Counted from the stretch's first letter, positions 12,690 through 24,890 are shown. The stretch is 64,000 bases of DNA from Octopus sinensis (GCF_006345805.1 NC_043000.1:4712001-4776000), one strand, 5' to 3'. The notes: generated by a model from the sequence alone, not told the origin. Made by a program: numbers and translations.

Positions 12690-13010
12690 AATGGAAATTG
12701 TTGTTGTGATACCAGTGGCGGTGGCACGTAAAAGAACCATCCAAACGTGGCCATTGCCAGCACCGCCCCGACTGACCTCTGTGCCGGTGGCACGTAAAAA
12801 GCACCAACCGATCATGACCGTTGCCAGCCTCGCCTGGCACGTAAAAAGCACCCACTACACTCAGGGAGTGGTTGGCGTTAGGAAGGGCATCCAGCTGTAG
12901 AAACACTGCCGGATGAGACTGGGCCTGGTGCAGTCTCCAGGCTTCCCAGACTCCGGTCGAACCATCCAACCCATGCTAGCATGGAAAGCGGACATTAAAC
13001 GATGATGATG
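12690..13010 (+). mobile_element. SINE family E
   Basis: GGCGTTAGGAAGGGCATCCAGCTGTAG...CATGGAAAGCGGACATTAAACGATGATG. Confidence 0.88.
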
Positions 13011-13015
13011 ATATG

Positions 13016-13083
<68 letters not shown>

Positions 13084-13243
13084 TCAATAAATGGTGGGGT
13101 TGTGTGGACCGCATGTGGAGAAATGATAAGCAAGGAAAAATTGTAGAAAGGCAGAATGCTGAATTGAAAGAAAATTTTAATGAAAATGGGTGTATGGAAA
13201 AAGTTTTTGAAAAATTGATAAAATATATATATATATATATATT

Positions 13244-13284
13244 AATTCAAACCGGTTTTCGTATAATGTGACTTTTCAAGAATT
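13244..13284 (-). ncRNA. Degenerate hammerhead-like motif (U3-A8 variant) at the 3' end of the Penelope-like fragment
   Basis: AAUUC-UUGAAAA-GU-CACAUUAU-AC-GAAA-A-CCGG-UUU-GAAUU; 5-bp stem I, palindromic loop III, weak stem II. Confidence 0.45.
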
Positions 13285-13800
13285 GTAAAGAAAAAAAATT
13301 TTTTTTTTAAATGTGAGGTGGGGGAAAAAAGAAAATTACATTGTTTTTTGCAAAGAAATAATAATAAATATATACAAAAATTAGAAAATAGGTACTCCGA
13401 TACATTGTAAAGTCTTTGTGTATCTTGAGTTTAATGATCGTTCACGAAAAAAATTACCTTGAAGTATTGAGATCTAATGGGATTAAATCCATGCGTTATT
13501 TATCATTTTAGCTTCATTTGCATTATCTTTTTTATATAATTGTTTGCTAACTTAACATTCAGATTTTAACACTTTATTTATATTATTTTCTAATTATATA
13601 AATTTGCATAAACCAATTTATAATTACATTTCAGATTGTTATGTCATATATAATAAAAATGATAGTAATAATAACAACAATAATAATAATAATGATATTA
13701 AAAGAATATAAGTTTTAGCTTGAAGTGATGACTGCATGGTATCCTTATATATTTGTGTTAGTCCATCCATGAAGAATGAGGTAGAAAAAAAGAAGTATGA

Positions 13801-14215
13801 TCAACGAGGAGTTTGCATATTAAGATGCGTTTTGAATTTTTCAATAAAGAGATTCTCCTTGTTAATTCTCTCCTGTGTAGTGATCCCGTCTTTACATTGG
13901 TAGAAGGGGAATATGTAGAATTTGGGATTTTTGTCTTTAGCGCATGAGTCTATGTGGTCACTCAGTGGGATTTGCTGGTATTCCGGGAGATTTATTTGTT
14001 CTTTATGCACCGCTACTCGTTTACGTAATGGGAGGCTCATTTGTCCAACATAATTATGTTGGCAACCAGCGCATGTGAGAATGTAGATAAGGTTCTTGGA
14101 GAAACAGGAGAAGTTAGTCTTGATTTTAAACTTCGTTCCTTGTTTGAAGATAAATTCAGAGCCTTCAAGTAGGAAGGGGCAGGTGCCACAGTTTGGGCGT
14201 GCACATTTTTTAACG
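13801..14215 (-). mobile_element. Penelope-like element GIY-YIG endonuclease fragment (Neptune-type Cys-rich linker)
   Basis: KCARPNCGTCPFL linker; NFSCFSKNLIYILTC...YVGQ...RKRVAVH...KENLFIEKF. Confidence 0.92.
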
Positions 14216-14369
14216 TGCACATATATATATATACACACACATATACATATAACAAATGAGAAACAGAAAATGTAATATACAAGAAACTTTATTGCTTATA
14301 TCAATCCTTTCAAACCATCTTACAGCAAATCCTTGCGTGTATGTATGTGTGTATATATATATGTATATA

Positions 14370-14427
<58 letters not shown>

Positions 14428-14505
14428 TTTATTTAAAGCAGCAGAAAATTCAATAAAACCTGTTACTCTGAGTTTCCCGTTGAATTTTCTGCTGCTTTAA
14501 ATAAA
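14428..14505. repeat. Perfect 26-bp inverted repeat enclosing half a hammerhead motif
   Basis: TTTATTTAAAGCAGCAGAAAATTCAA / TTGAATTTTCTGCTGCTTTAAATAAA; loop on the minus strand reads GAAAC-UCAGA-GUA-ACAG. Confidence 0.85.
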
Positions 14506-14577
14506 GCATATTACTCTACCACTGGTATTTGAGTACTCTTTTTTCCACCTTGTTTCACATTTATGCGTTTACTCCGG

Positions 14578-14654
<77 letters not shown>

Positions 14655-14994
14655 TGTATGTATATATGTATATATATATATATTATATATATATACATAT
14701 ATACAATATATATGCGTGCATGTGTGTGTGTGTACACATATACACACATATACATACATATATACACATATACATGATGGCTTTCGGCACAGTTTCTGTT
14801 GACCAAAATTCACTCACTAGCAGCCTGAGGCTATGTGACAAACTACTTGCTCCACCTGGCTTGCACAGTGTGACCGTGACAAGACAGAACGAATGTAACT
14901 TCAACCTCTTTAATAATAAACCTGTTTGATCAAAGATGACCCACAGCAAATGGAACAACAACAACAACAACAACAAGAAACAAATCTTCATTCT

Positions 14995-15414
14995 CTCTTT
15001 ACTCTTTACTCTTTTATTTGTTTCAGTCATTTGACTGCAGCCATGCTGGAGCACTGCCTTTAGTCGAGCAACTTGACCCCGGGACTTATTCTTTGTAAGC
15101 CCAGTACTTATTCTATCGGTCTCTTTTGCCGAACCGCTAAGTGACGGGGACGTAAACACACCAGCATCGGTTGTCAAGCAATGCTAGGGGGACAAACACA
15201 GACACACAAACACACACACGTATATATATATATACATATATACATATATACGACAGGCTTCATTCAGTTTCCGTCTACCAAATCCACTCACAAGGCATTG
15301 GTCAGCCTGGGGCTATAGCAGAAGACACTTGCCCAAAATGCCACGCAGTGGGACTGAACCCGAAACCATGTGGTTGGTTAGCAAGCTACTTACCACACAG
15401 CCACTCCTGCACCT
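14995..15414 (-). mobile_element. SINE family B, full length
   Basis: Head, internal (TA)n and tail present. Confidence 0.9.
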
Positions 15415-16103
15415 ATTCTAAGGCATTTATTATCTTCTTTTTTTTATCTCATATGTTAATACACTTGCCCCTTGCCCATTTAGAGATTTAAAAAAGCGTT
15501 TTTGATCCTGGACACCACACCCTTGACACCCTTGATGGAAATGCAACAATAGATTCTTCAGATGCCATGGGACATATATAGATAGATACACCTTCAGTTA
15601 AGATATGATATCAAGTGCCAATCCCCACAGCTCACCTATCGTGAGAGGTACTGAGAAACACAAAATATCAGTCACTCAGAGTTATATTTAGCATTTTCAA
15701 AGCCATTTATAGTTTCTTTCAGGTTAACACAACATAAGAGAGATAAATTAGTCCTATATAGTGGTTTATTGAACTTTTGACTATTTCTAAGTAGGGTTTA
15801 TTTATAGAACTGGTATTTTGCAGGTAAGGTGATATCATGATTTAATCTAGAGATGAAAAGGTAAAAAAAAAGAAACAATGATTTCATGCATATACCCACA
15901 TATAAACAGATATATTTATATACATACATATATATGTGTATTCATAAATGCACATATACAAACTAGTATGTGTGCATGCCTGCCTGCCTATGCATAGGTG
16001 TATGCAAATGAAAAACAAAAACAAGAAGAACAAAAGATAAAAGGAAGTACACAGTGAGTGTATTAGATTGATGCTCAGTTTTTAAGATGGGAAAAAGTCG
16101 GGG

Positions 16104-16136
16104 GTTGATGTTTCAAGCATAGCTTTTCGTCAGAAA
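16104..16136 (-). ncRNA. Degenerate minimal hammerhead-like motif, same family as 6984
   Basis: UUU-CUGACGA-A-AAGC-UAU-GCUU-GAAAC-AUC-AAC; compensatory stem II (AAGC/GCUU versus GAGC/GCUC); G16.2 lost, consistent with CpG decay. Confidence 0.5.
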
Positions 16137-16809
16137 GAGGAAAAATCCAGAGAGAAGGAAAAAGGGTAGTCCAAGAAAAGCAATTGTGTAGTTATTACAT
16201 ACAGCAGTGTAGCTAGAGTGTGTGCTGCCCGAGGCAACCCTTCAGTTTGCCGCCCTCGGGCCCCCACAGTAATACATGCTAGACTTAGACATGTAGGAAG
16301 AATGTTGCTCTCATAGGTTGCCAGCTTAGAATAGCCATTTGTTCCTCAGCAAATATGGTCTATTCATCTGACTTATCTCTTCCTAGTAAATAATAAATAC
16401 CAAGTTTTATATTTTCTTCTTCTTTGTAATTCAAAACTGCTACAAATATTAACCGGAGCTCCCTCAAATCAGAATCTACTATATTGAAAATAAATAAATA
16501 AAATTGGACAATATAATCCTGGATATAGAAAATAGCAGATGATCAAGTCTGAGATCTTTTGTTTGTAAGTAACCTTGATGAGTGTTAACCTTAGACTAAA
16601 CAATATGATTTGTCTTCAGATCTGTTTTCAATACGAGCAAAATCATTGCAATCAGCCCAAACAATTTTTAACTATCTTGAACCTCTGTGTTTCATTAAGT
16701 CCTTCACTCATTTTGCAATATTAAGTTCTTGAGATAAGGCTAGAAAATACTTCATGTGTTATTACCAAATAATTTATTCCAAATTTTACCACAAACCCAG
16801 AAACTTTGA

Positions 16810-17200
16810 GGGAAGAGGACAAGCCAGTTACATCAACTTGACTGGTACCTTATTTTATCAAACCTGAAAGGATGGAAGGCAAAGTTGACTTCAGTAAAAT
16901 CTGAACTCAAAATGTAAACAGTTAGAAGAAATACCATTAAGCACTTTCTCCAATGTGCTGCTGGTTCTTATTTCTTTATTGCCCACAAGGGGCTACACAC
17001 AGAGGGGACAAACAAGGACATACAAAGTCATTAAGTCGATTACATCGACCCCAGTTCATAACTGGTACTTAATTTATCAAACCCAAAAGGATGAAAGGCA
17101 AAGTTGACCTCGGCGGAATTTGAACTCAGAACATGACGGCAGACGAAATACCACTAAGCATTTCACTTGGAGTGCTAACGTTTCTACCAACTCGCTGCCT
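16810..17200 (-). mobile_element. Two adjacent SINE family C copies
   Basis: GGATGAAAGGCAAAGTTGACC...GAATTTGAACTCAG present twice. Confidence 0.85.
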
Positions 17201-17989
17201 TTTTTATTAAAAAAAAATTTTTTTTAATTTTTTTTTTATCTTTTATTCATTTTTTTTTTTTTACTCAGAGAATGAAGCTATCAACACTCAAAGATTCAGG
17301 TCAAAGTGAAGAATTATTTTCCTCATCGCAGCAATGTGCTGTGCTGTTGGTTCTGTCAGCTCATTCCTTTTGTTATTCTCAAATGTTGCATCCCAAAATT
17401 ACTAGCTATCTAAAACTTTATAAGTGTCTAGACTATTTTGTTACAATCATACCTTGAAGACATATAACAGTTTTAATGACTGGGAATGCATGAACCTAAC
17501 ACAAACATATTCCAACCTCAGGTGTGTTGTTTCTTTTTTCTGCCATATTTACAACCACTACTTTTGAGATCTCTATTCTTAGGCCCAGCTGAACCCATGC
17601 AACCTCCACAAGGGCATTCTTGTCCTCAGGGCCAGATTAAGACTTATAGAGGCCCTAATCACTTAAGAGAATCTGGTGCCTCCATATATATATCTAATTC
17701 AAAATGTAAACAATACTAAACCATAAAATCAATTTTTATTTTTCAAAATGAAACAAAACTAACAGTAATATGGAAAATGATATTTAATTTTTATATGCTT
17801 CCACTTTTTTTTTAATATTTGTTAAGTTTCTCCTACTTTTTTTTAAGTGACAATTCTTTGATCAGACCCTCTCTATGAATGCTTCAAAATTATTAGATAC
17901 AGAAATAATTTATTCTCAAATGCAGGATAATGCTAATACAGTAGCATGAACAGGATAAACTATCCATATATTGCAGAAAAAATCAGTAC

Positions 17990-18155
17990 TGGCCAGCCAT
18001 GAGACTTGAATTCACATCCCTGTTATTATGCATCAAGTGCTTTACCTTTAAGCTAAACTGCCCAGTAACGAATTTGTTACTGGGCAGTTTAGCTTAAAGG
18101 TAAAGCACTTGATGTGTAATGACAGGGATGTGAGTTCGAATCTCATGGCTGGCCA
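17990..18155. repeat. Palindrome of two head-to-head tRNA-like sequences (80-bp arms)
   Basis: 17990-18069 is the reverse complement of 18076-18155 (74/80); right arm has TAGCTTAAAGGT and GAGTTCGAATC boxes. Confidence 0.9.
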
Positions 18156-18499
18156 AAAGTCTTTGGTCTTGATTAACATATGTTGATCATCCTTGTCTTG
18201 ACATCATATGATGGTTGTGAATGAGTATCACAATCATGTGAGTGATGTTGTTTATTTCTAGCCTTCCATGAAGAACATGTCTGGTCATAAGGAAATGTGA
18301 CCTTTCTTGGAAACAGGTGAGGTTTGATAAGTGGAAGGGCATCCAGGTGTAGAAAACTGGTCTCAATGAATCCTGTCTGACGCTTGCAAGCACTGGAAAA
18401 GTGGGCGTTGATGATAGTGATAATGGTGATGATGATGATGATGATGATGATGATGACAATGATGATGGCAGTAACAATGACAATGGTGATAAACACTTA

Positions 18500-18700
18500 G
18501 AGAAAAATATTTTTACTAAGGCATGTAAAAGCACCCACTACACTCTCAGAGTGGTCGGCATTAGGAAGGGCATCCAGCTGCAGAAACTCTGCCAGATCAG
18601 ATTGGAGTCTGATGCAGCCATCTGGTTCGCCAGACCTCAGTCAAATCGTCCAACCCATGCTAGCATGGAAAGCGAATGTTAAACGATGATGATGATGATA
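18500..18700 (+). mobile_element. SINE family E 3' part
   Basis: Core plus CATGGAAAGCGAATGTTAAACGATGATG tail. Confidence 0.8.
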
Positions 18701-19274
18701 AATTGTCATTATAGAAATTTCTTTTTCTCAGTGTAATTAATTCCATAAACATATTATTTTTTTATTGCAAATTGTATATACACACTAAACACTGGTTTTA
18801 ATCAAAATGAGATAGAATCTCATGTTTTTTTTTGGGGTGGGGGGGTTATTTTTTATTTCACAGTCTCTTGCCACAGAATGTCCTCTGTCAGTGTCTAAAA
18901 CAAGCTCTTCCAGATGTTTTGTTTTGAAGTTGTACCATCATTATTGTTTGGTTGTGTATTGTCTTAAATTCTATGGCGATATTATCAGCTGCTAATTAGA
19001 TCCTAGAATACTTAACTGTCCATGAGCTGTTTAACAAAGCTTAGTGGTACCATAATTAAATATTTTACAGACAAAGGCATAGTAATGCTGGTAACCATAG
19101 TAAACAGTTGTGTTGGTGGAGTTGAAGACAGGTATCATTGTGGTTGTAGCAGTAGAAGGAATGCACCTATGAAGTTTTGAAATTAAATTATCTTTTATTT
19201 GGGGATGTGAGGATGATGTATATTCCATATGGTGTAACTATTAAATCTATGATCATTCTTCACCTTTTACATAA

Positions 19275-19664
19275 TACTAGCAGTATCGCCCGGCATTGCT
19301 TGGGTTTGTTCTGACCCTTTAGAATTGGAATTTTTGAAAAGTAAAAATTGTGCATTATGTAGCTTTTTATTCTTTTTAAGTGAACATTTTTCTGGTTGAA
19401 ATGCACTGAAAAATGGCGACACAGCAGCCAGAAAATCGTAAAAAATAGAGATTTTCATAGAAGAAAAGCACTTTTTTGATGTAAATAATTTTTGGTGTTA
19501 ACTTGGTCTGATTTGAATTTTTCTTCTAAGGAAGGAAGAGCAAGCCTTCTTCTATCATACTTTCAATTTTGGTCAACTTGCACTGCAGGGTCTCGGAGGA
19601 GATAGTGTTAGTTGAAGGCTACCAAACCTGCCATACACAGACAACTTCAGCTTTATATATATAG
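19275..19664 (+). mobile_element. Non-autonomous Helitron/Helentron-like element
   Basis: TACTAGCAGTATCGCCCGGC start and GCTTTATATATATAG end, no TSD; homologous copy at 28106-28496; superfamily assignment is by terminal-motif resemblance only. Confidence 0.6.
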
Positions 19665-20037
19665 ACATAAGATAAAAATTGAACCCTGAGAATATTAATG
19701 TAAAAAGCATTGCTTTTTCTGTTGCAAGTGATAAAATCATATTTTATCCATGTACTTTTGTGTTTTTTATTTGTTTCAGAAACTGGATGGCAGCCATGCT
19801 GGAGCAATGCCTTGAAGAGTTTTAGACAAACAAACTGTCTCTAGTACTTAATTTTTAAACCTGGCACTTAATATGTCAGTCTCTTTTGCTGAGCAGCTAG
19901 GTTACAGGTATGTAAACAAACCAACACTGGTTGTCAAGCAGTGGTGAGAGACAACCATAGCACAACCGCAAAGAAACACACACACACACTCACATATAAA
20001 TATACACACACAGATATATATATATATAAATATATGT

Positions 20038-20273
20038 AGGGTGGCCCAAAAGTGGATTTACCCTTATCACGTAGGCACTTTAAATTTCTTTTAAAACATT
20101 TTATTACATTTAAATTTCTCTCTTACAAACTGAAAAGGGATCTTGAAAAAAATTAACTAAATTAGCATAGAATAATGGTTTCATAATTTTTTCATAATTA
20201 AGATCTAAACAGTTAAATTATGAATACAAAAGAGATAGTTGAATAACTGTAAACCTGCTTTTGGGCCACCCTG
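20038..20273. mobile_element. Tc1/maT-type MITE
   Basis: TIRs AGGGTGGCCCAAAAG / CTTTTGGGCCACCCTG, followed by TA. Confidence 0.8.
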
Positions 20274-20326
20274 TATATATACAGATATATATATATATAT
20301 ATAATTATATATATATTTTTATATAT

Positions 20327-21468
20327 GTTAGTTAGTTAGTTAGTTAGTTAATTTGGCTCAAAAGCAAATAGCAAGGCCATGTAGGGGGACATGGAGTTAG
20401 TAAAGGTGGGTTCATGTAAAGAGTTCAGGCCACTTGAGGTCAGGAGGCTTTGAACAAAGCGGTGTCGGCATTCTTCACCATCTCGTCTGGCAGCTTATTC
20501 CACGGATCCGCAACCTGGACGAGAAAGCTCCTCTCCTTCGATTGAGATGAAATCGTCGCAGATAGAACTTTTCGGAATGACCCTGCAGCCGACGCTCTGG
20601 AGCAGGAGTGAAGAACAGCTCTTTCGAGAGGTTACGCTTTCCGCTTATGATGTTGTGAGCGAGAATGAGATCACCACGGCAGCATCGTTTTCCTAGAGAA
20701 TAAAGGTCGAGCGTCCTCAGCCTTTCTTCATAAGACAAATTTTTGAGACCATGAACCATGCAGGTAGCCAGCTTCTGGACTCTTTCGAGATGCTGTATGT
20801 CATTGAGGAGATAAGGAGAAGAGGCTTGAATCCCATACTCCAATATGGGTCTCACCAGCGTGACATAGAGTGGTAGGAATATGGCTGCTGTGAGCATTCC
20901 GAATGACCGTCGAATCAAGAACAGAATCCGCGTGCTTTGTTGGCAGCATGGATGCACTGGGCCGAAGGCGAAAAGGAGGAATCCACCAAGATACCCAGGT
21001 CCTTTACCTGATCGGTCCTCTCCAGCAGCAGACGACCCGGCTTGAAATCAAGTTGAGTTGCAGGAGGAGAGCCAACAGGCAGATGACAGCACTTTGACAC
21101 GTTCAGACACAGGTCCCATTCGTTAGACCACCTCCAAATTTGGTGGAGGCATCGACAAAGATCCTCTATATCACCGCGAGGAGCGACCAGTTTGACATTG
21201 TTGGCAAATAGAAGGGTGTGTTGCGTGAGGTCGTCGGGCAAGTCATTTATGAAGACTAAGAACAATAAGGGCCCAAGCACTGAACCTTGAGGCACGCCAC
21301 TGCTCGCACTGGAGACGTCGGACCACGAACCATTAACTTGGACTTGGAAGGAGCGATCTGAGAGGAAGGCACCAATGCATCGTACAATATCCGGATGGAA
21401 ACTATATGCTTGAAGCTTGACAAGTAATAGGCGGTGGTTTTACCGAGTCAAAAGCTTTGGCAAAGTCC

Positions 21469-21470
<2 letters not shown>
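20327..21470 (-). mobile_element. CR1-clade LINE 3' portion (RT domain to tail), decayed
   Basis: MDFAKAFDSV...PQGSVLGPLLFLVFINDLP...FANN (decayed FADD)...LERVQKLAT...SYEERL; (TAAC)n tandem tail. Confidence 0.93.
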
Positions 21471-21508
<38 letters not shown>

Positions 21509-21525
21509 ATAATATATATATAATA

Positions 21526-21547
<22 letters not shown>

Positions 21548-21559
<12 letters not shown>

Positions 21560-22118
21560 GGGTAAAATTAATTAATTAATAATTTTACCAAGTAGTTTGG
21601 TATATTATAAGAACTATTATCGGTAAACTTATGCAAAAATTCTATAATTATGAGTATAATTATAATTAGGGTGCAGCAAAATTTGCTTCACCACATACCG
21701 AAATTTAGAAATAGCAATTAAACTACCATTCTACTATAATAAGGTATGTCCCAGACAGCAATACTCAACAACTCACGCAGGTAAAAAGAAAAAAAATAAC
21801 GAATCTACCTGGATCTGATTAACTGTATACGCGTTTCGGAGTTAGAGAGATGTGAAAAATGTAAAATCATATTTCTAATCACTCACTCTCCCCATCAATA
21901 CAGTAATTCAAATTTTAAATTTGAGATAACTGATAATTAACAAACGTATTTGACCAAGCGACATCAAACAGCATATATCCAAGGACCAGGACTTCCGAAT
22001 TCAAACAGACGAATGAGATATCGCATTCCCCCTCACTCACCCATGTGTGCCAACGAGTAAAATACTGCAGAAACTGTAGTTTACTATCAGGGAGAGAATT
22101 ATATTATCAATAATAATA
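21548..22118 (-). mobile_element. Non-coding unit of about 570 bp carrying a hammerhead (family P1), probably a Penelope pseudo-LTR or retrozyme-like monomer
   Basis: Unit restarts head-to-tail at 22490 and recurs inverted at 22650-22800 and 22993-23130; relative at 55997-56260. Confidence 0.65.
21823..21903 (-). ncRNA. Type I hammerhead-like motif with long stem II (U3.G8 variant, A9 mutated)
   Basis: CUGUA-UUGAUGG-GGAG...CUCC-GAAAC-GC-GUA-UACAG. Confidence 0.6.
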
Positions 22119-22124
22119 GTGTAG

Positions 22125-22470
22125 TGACATAGTGACCCCCTTCGGTCAGACACTGACCATGGGTTTGCACCTAGAGAGTTACTCTATGAGGCACAAGTCT
22201 GGGCAAGGTTGTTTATGGAAGACCAGCAGTCGCCCATGCATACCGGCCTCCCCTCTCCATGCCACCAGTGTTATCCAAGAGAAAGGCAACAGCAGATACA
22301 GCTTGGCACCAATGACGTCGCAACTCATTTCTACAGCTGAGTGAATGGGAGCAACGTGAAAATAAAGTGTCTTGCTCAAGAACACAACATGCAGCCTGGT
22401 CCAGGATTCGAACTCACAACCTCACGATCATAAGCTCGACGCTCTAACCACTGAGCCACGCGCCTTCACA
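22125..22470 (-). mobile_element. tRNA-derived SINE family D (CORE-like central domain)
   Basis: Minus-strand GGCTCAGTGGTTAGAGCG...GTTCGAATCC, then TTCTTGAGCAAGACACTT...CAGCTGTAGAAATGAG. Confidence 0.88.
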
Positions 22471-22729
22471 CTGAGCCACGTGCCTTCAATAATAATAAAG
22501 GGTAAAATTAATTAATCAATTAATAATTAATAATTTTACCAAGTAGTTCGGTATGTTAAATGAACCATTATTGGTAAACTTAAACAAAAATTTTTGTAAT
22601 TATGAGTATAATTATAATTAGGGCTCAGCAAAATTTGCTTCACCCCATATATGGATATATGCTGTTTGATGTCGCTTGGTCAAATACGTTTGTTAATTAT
22701 CAGTTCTCTCAAATTTAAAATTTGAATTA

Positions 22730-22800
22730 CTGTATTGATGAGGAAAGTGAGTGATTAGAAATATGATTTTACATTTTTCACATCTCTCTAACTCCGAAAC
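22730..22800 (+). ncRNA. Second copy of the P1 hammerhead, interrupted just after GAAAC by a SINE E
   Basis: CUGUA-UUGAUGA-GGA...UCC-GAAAC, then (ATC)n from 22801. Confidence 0.55.
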
Positions 22801-22993
22801 ATCATCATCATCATCATCATCGTTTAACGTTCGTTCTCCATGCTAGCATTGGTTGGACGGTTCGACCGGGGATCTGGGAAGCCAGAAGGCTGCATCAGGC
22901 TCCGGTCTTATCTGGCAATGTTTCTACAGCTGGATGCCCTTTCTAACGCCAACCACTCTGTGAGTGTAGTGGGTGCTTTTTACGTGCCACCTG
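22801..22993 (-). mobile_element. SINE family E 3' fragment
   Basis: (CAT)n tail plus core. Confidence 0.85.
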
Positions 22994-23214
22994 CGTGAGT
23001 TGTTGAGTATTGCTGTCTGGGAGATACCTTATAGTAGTAGAATGGTAGTTTAATTGCTATTTCTAAATTTCGGTATGTGGTGAAGCAAATTTTGCTGAAC
23101 ACTAATTATAATTATACTCATAATTATAGCCAGTGAACTCATTAAAATGTGATTAATAGTGACAGAAGCAGTTTTAATGCCAAAAGGTAACCTTTATCAC
23201 AAACTTAACATGGA

Positions 23215-23603
23215 TGGATGGAAGCACTCCGTCGGTTACGACAATGAGGGTTCCGGTTTATCCGAATCAACGGAACAGCCTGCTCGTGAAATTAGCGTGT
23301 AAGTGGCTGAGCACTCCACAGACACGTGGTACCCTTAACATAGTTCTCGGGGATATTCAGCATGACACAGAGAGTGACAAGGCCGGCCCTTTGAAATACA
23401 GGTACAACAGAAACAGGAAGTAAGAGTGAGAGAAAGTTGTGGTGAAAGAGTACAGCAGGGATCACCACCTTCTCTGCCGGAGCCTCATGGGGCTTTAGGT
23501 GTTTTCGCTCAATAAACACTCACAACGCCCGGTCTGGGAATCGAAACCGCGATCCTACGACCGCGAGTCCGCTGCCCTAACCACTGGGCCATTGCGCCTC
23601 CAC
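23215..23603 (-). mobile_element. SINE family A, full length, 12-bp TSD
   Basis: ACTTAACATGGA at 23203-23214 and 23604-23615. Confidence 0.93.
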
Positions 23604-23835
23604 ACTTAACATGGAGGTTATATTAGAACAACGAAAACTGCATTATTTATCTTATGGGAGATCTTCTGAAGGTAAGCAGTGAGCCACTACAGGTGAGATG
23701 AGATGTTAATATTTTAGATGTATGAATAATATGGTCAGTAGTCCAACATTATCATCTCGTGCACCAGTATGATTCATTAAATAATGATATGAGAAACTAT
23801 TATGTAAATTACTCACAGTGTGTATGTGTGGGTGT

Positions 23836-23876
<41 letters not shown>

Positions 23877-23984
23877 TGAGTATATAATTCCTGTTGTCAT
23901 CTCTACTGTGACTCAATCATTTACCCTATAAGATTTGTAAATCTTTCTTACATACATACATACACACACGCATACATACATACA

Positions 23985-24018
<34 letters not shown>

Positions 24019-24029
24019 CATCTGCTGAG

Positions 24030-24367
24030 ACCCCCTTCGGTCATGACTGACCATGGGATTGCACCTAGAAAGTTAACCCCCACCCACCAGGTACAAGTCC
24101 AGGCAAGGTTGTTTTATAGAAGACCAGTAGTTGCCCATGCATACTGGCCTCCCCTCTCCACGCCACCAATGTCATCCAAGGGAAAGGCAAAGGCTGATAC
24201 AGCTTGGCACCTGTGACGTTGCAACTCATTTCTACAGCTGAGTGAACTGGAGCAACGTGAAATAAAATGTCTTGCTCAAGAACACAACAAGCAGCCCGGT
24301 CCAGGATTCGAACTCACAACCTCACGATCATAAGCTCGACACTCTAACCACTGAGCCATGCACCTTC
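24030..24367 (-). mobile_element. SINE family D, followed by (TACA)n to 24530
   Basis: Homologous to 22125-22470. Confidence 0.88.
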
Positions 24368-24544
24368 ACTACATACATACATACATACATACATACATAC
24401 ATACATACATACATACGTACATACATACATACATACATACATACCTACATACATACATACATACATACATACATACATACATACATACATACATACATAC
24501 ATACATACATACATACGTATGTACATACACCTCAATAAAAACAT

Positions 24545-24890
24545 CAATTTGGTGGACACATAACACACCTGATGTTGTTCTGTGGGACAAGAAATAAAAG
24601 TCTTGCACTGTTGCAGAGGTCTGGTGCCCAGCTGACATGACTGTACAATCAAAAGTTCAGGAAAAAGAGACCATCTATGGTGAATTACTGCAGAACTTAT
24701 AGCTCCTGTACTCTGACTATGAACTCTTGTTTGTACCTATCATCATAGGTGCATTAGGTTATGTACCAACAAATTTTCATAAAACCCTAGAAATACTCAG
24801 TTTCATGGAAACTAATATGGATTCTCCAAATCCAATCTATTAGTGGCACAGTGAAGATTTATAAGACGTTCTGAAAATTGTCTATGCGAG
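24545..24890 (+). mobile_element. R4/Dong-type LINE restriction-like endonuclease remnant
   Basis: HNTPDVVLWDKK*KSCTVAEVWCPAD...EKETIYGEL...VPIIIGALG, a PD-(D/E)xK-type RLE with stops. Confidence 0.82.

Noticed and set aside
17269-17457. Plus-strand exon after a poly-T acceptor
   Set aside because: No recognisable homology or convincing donor; the T-run may be a SINE-associated tract
23626-23670. 45-nt open micro-exon ending GAAG|GTAAGC
   Set aside because: Weak acceptor, no homology, no supporting neighbouring exons
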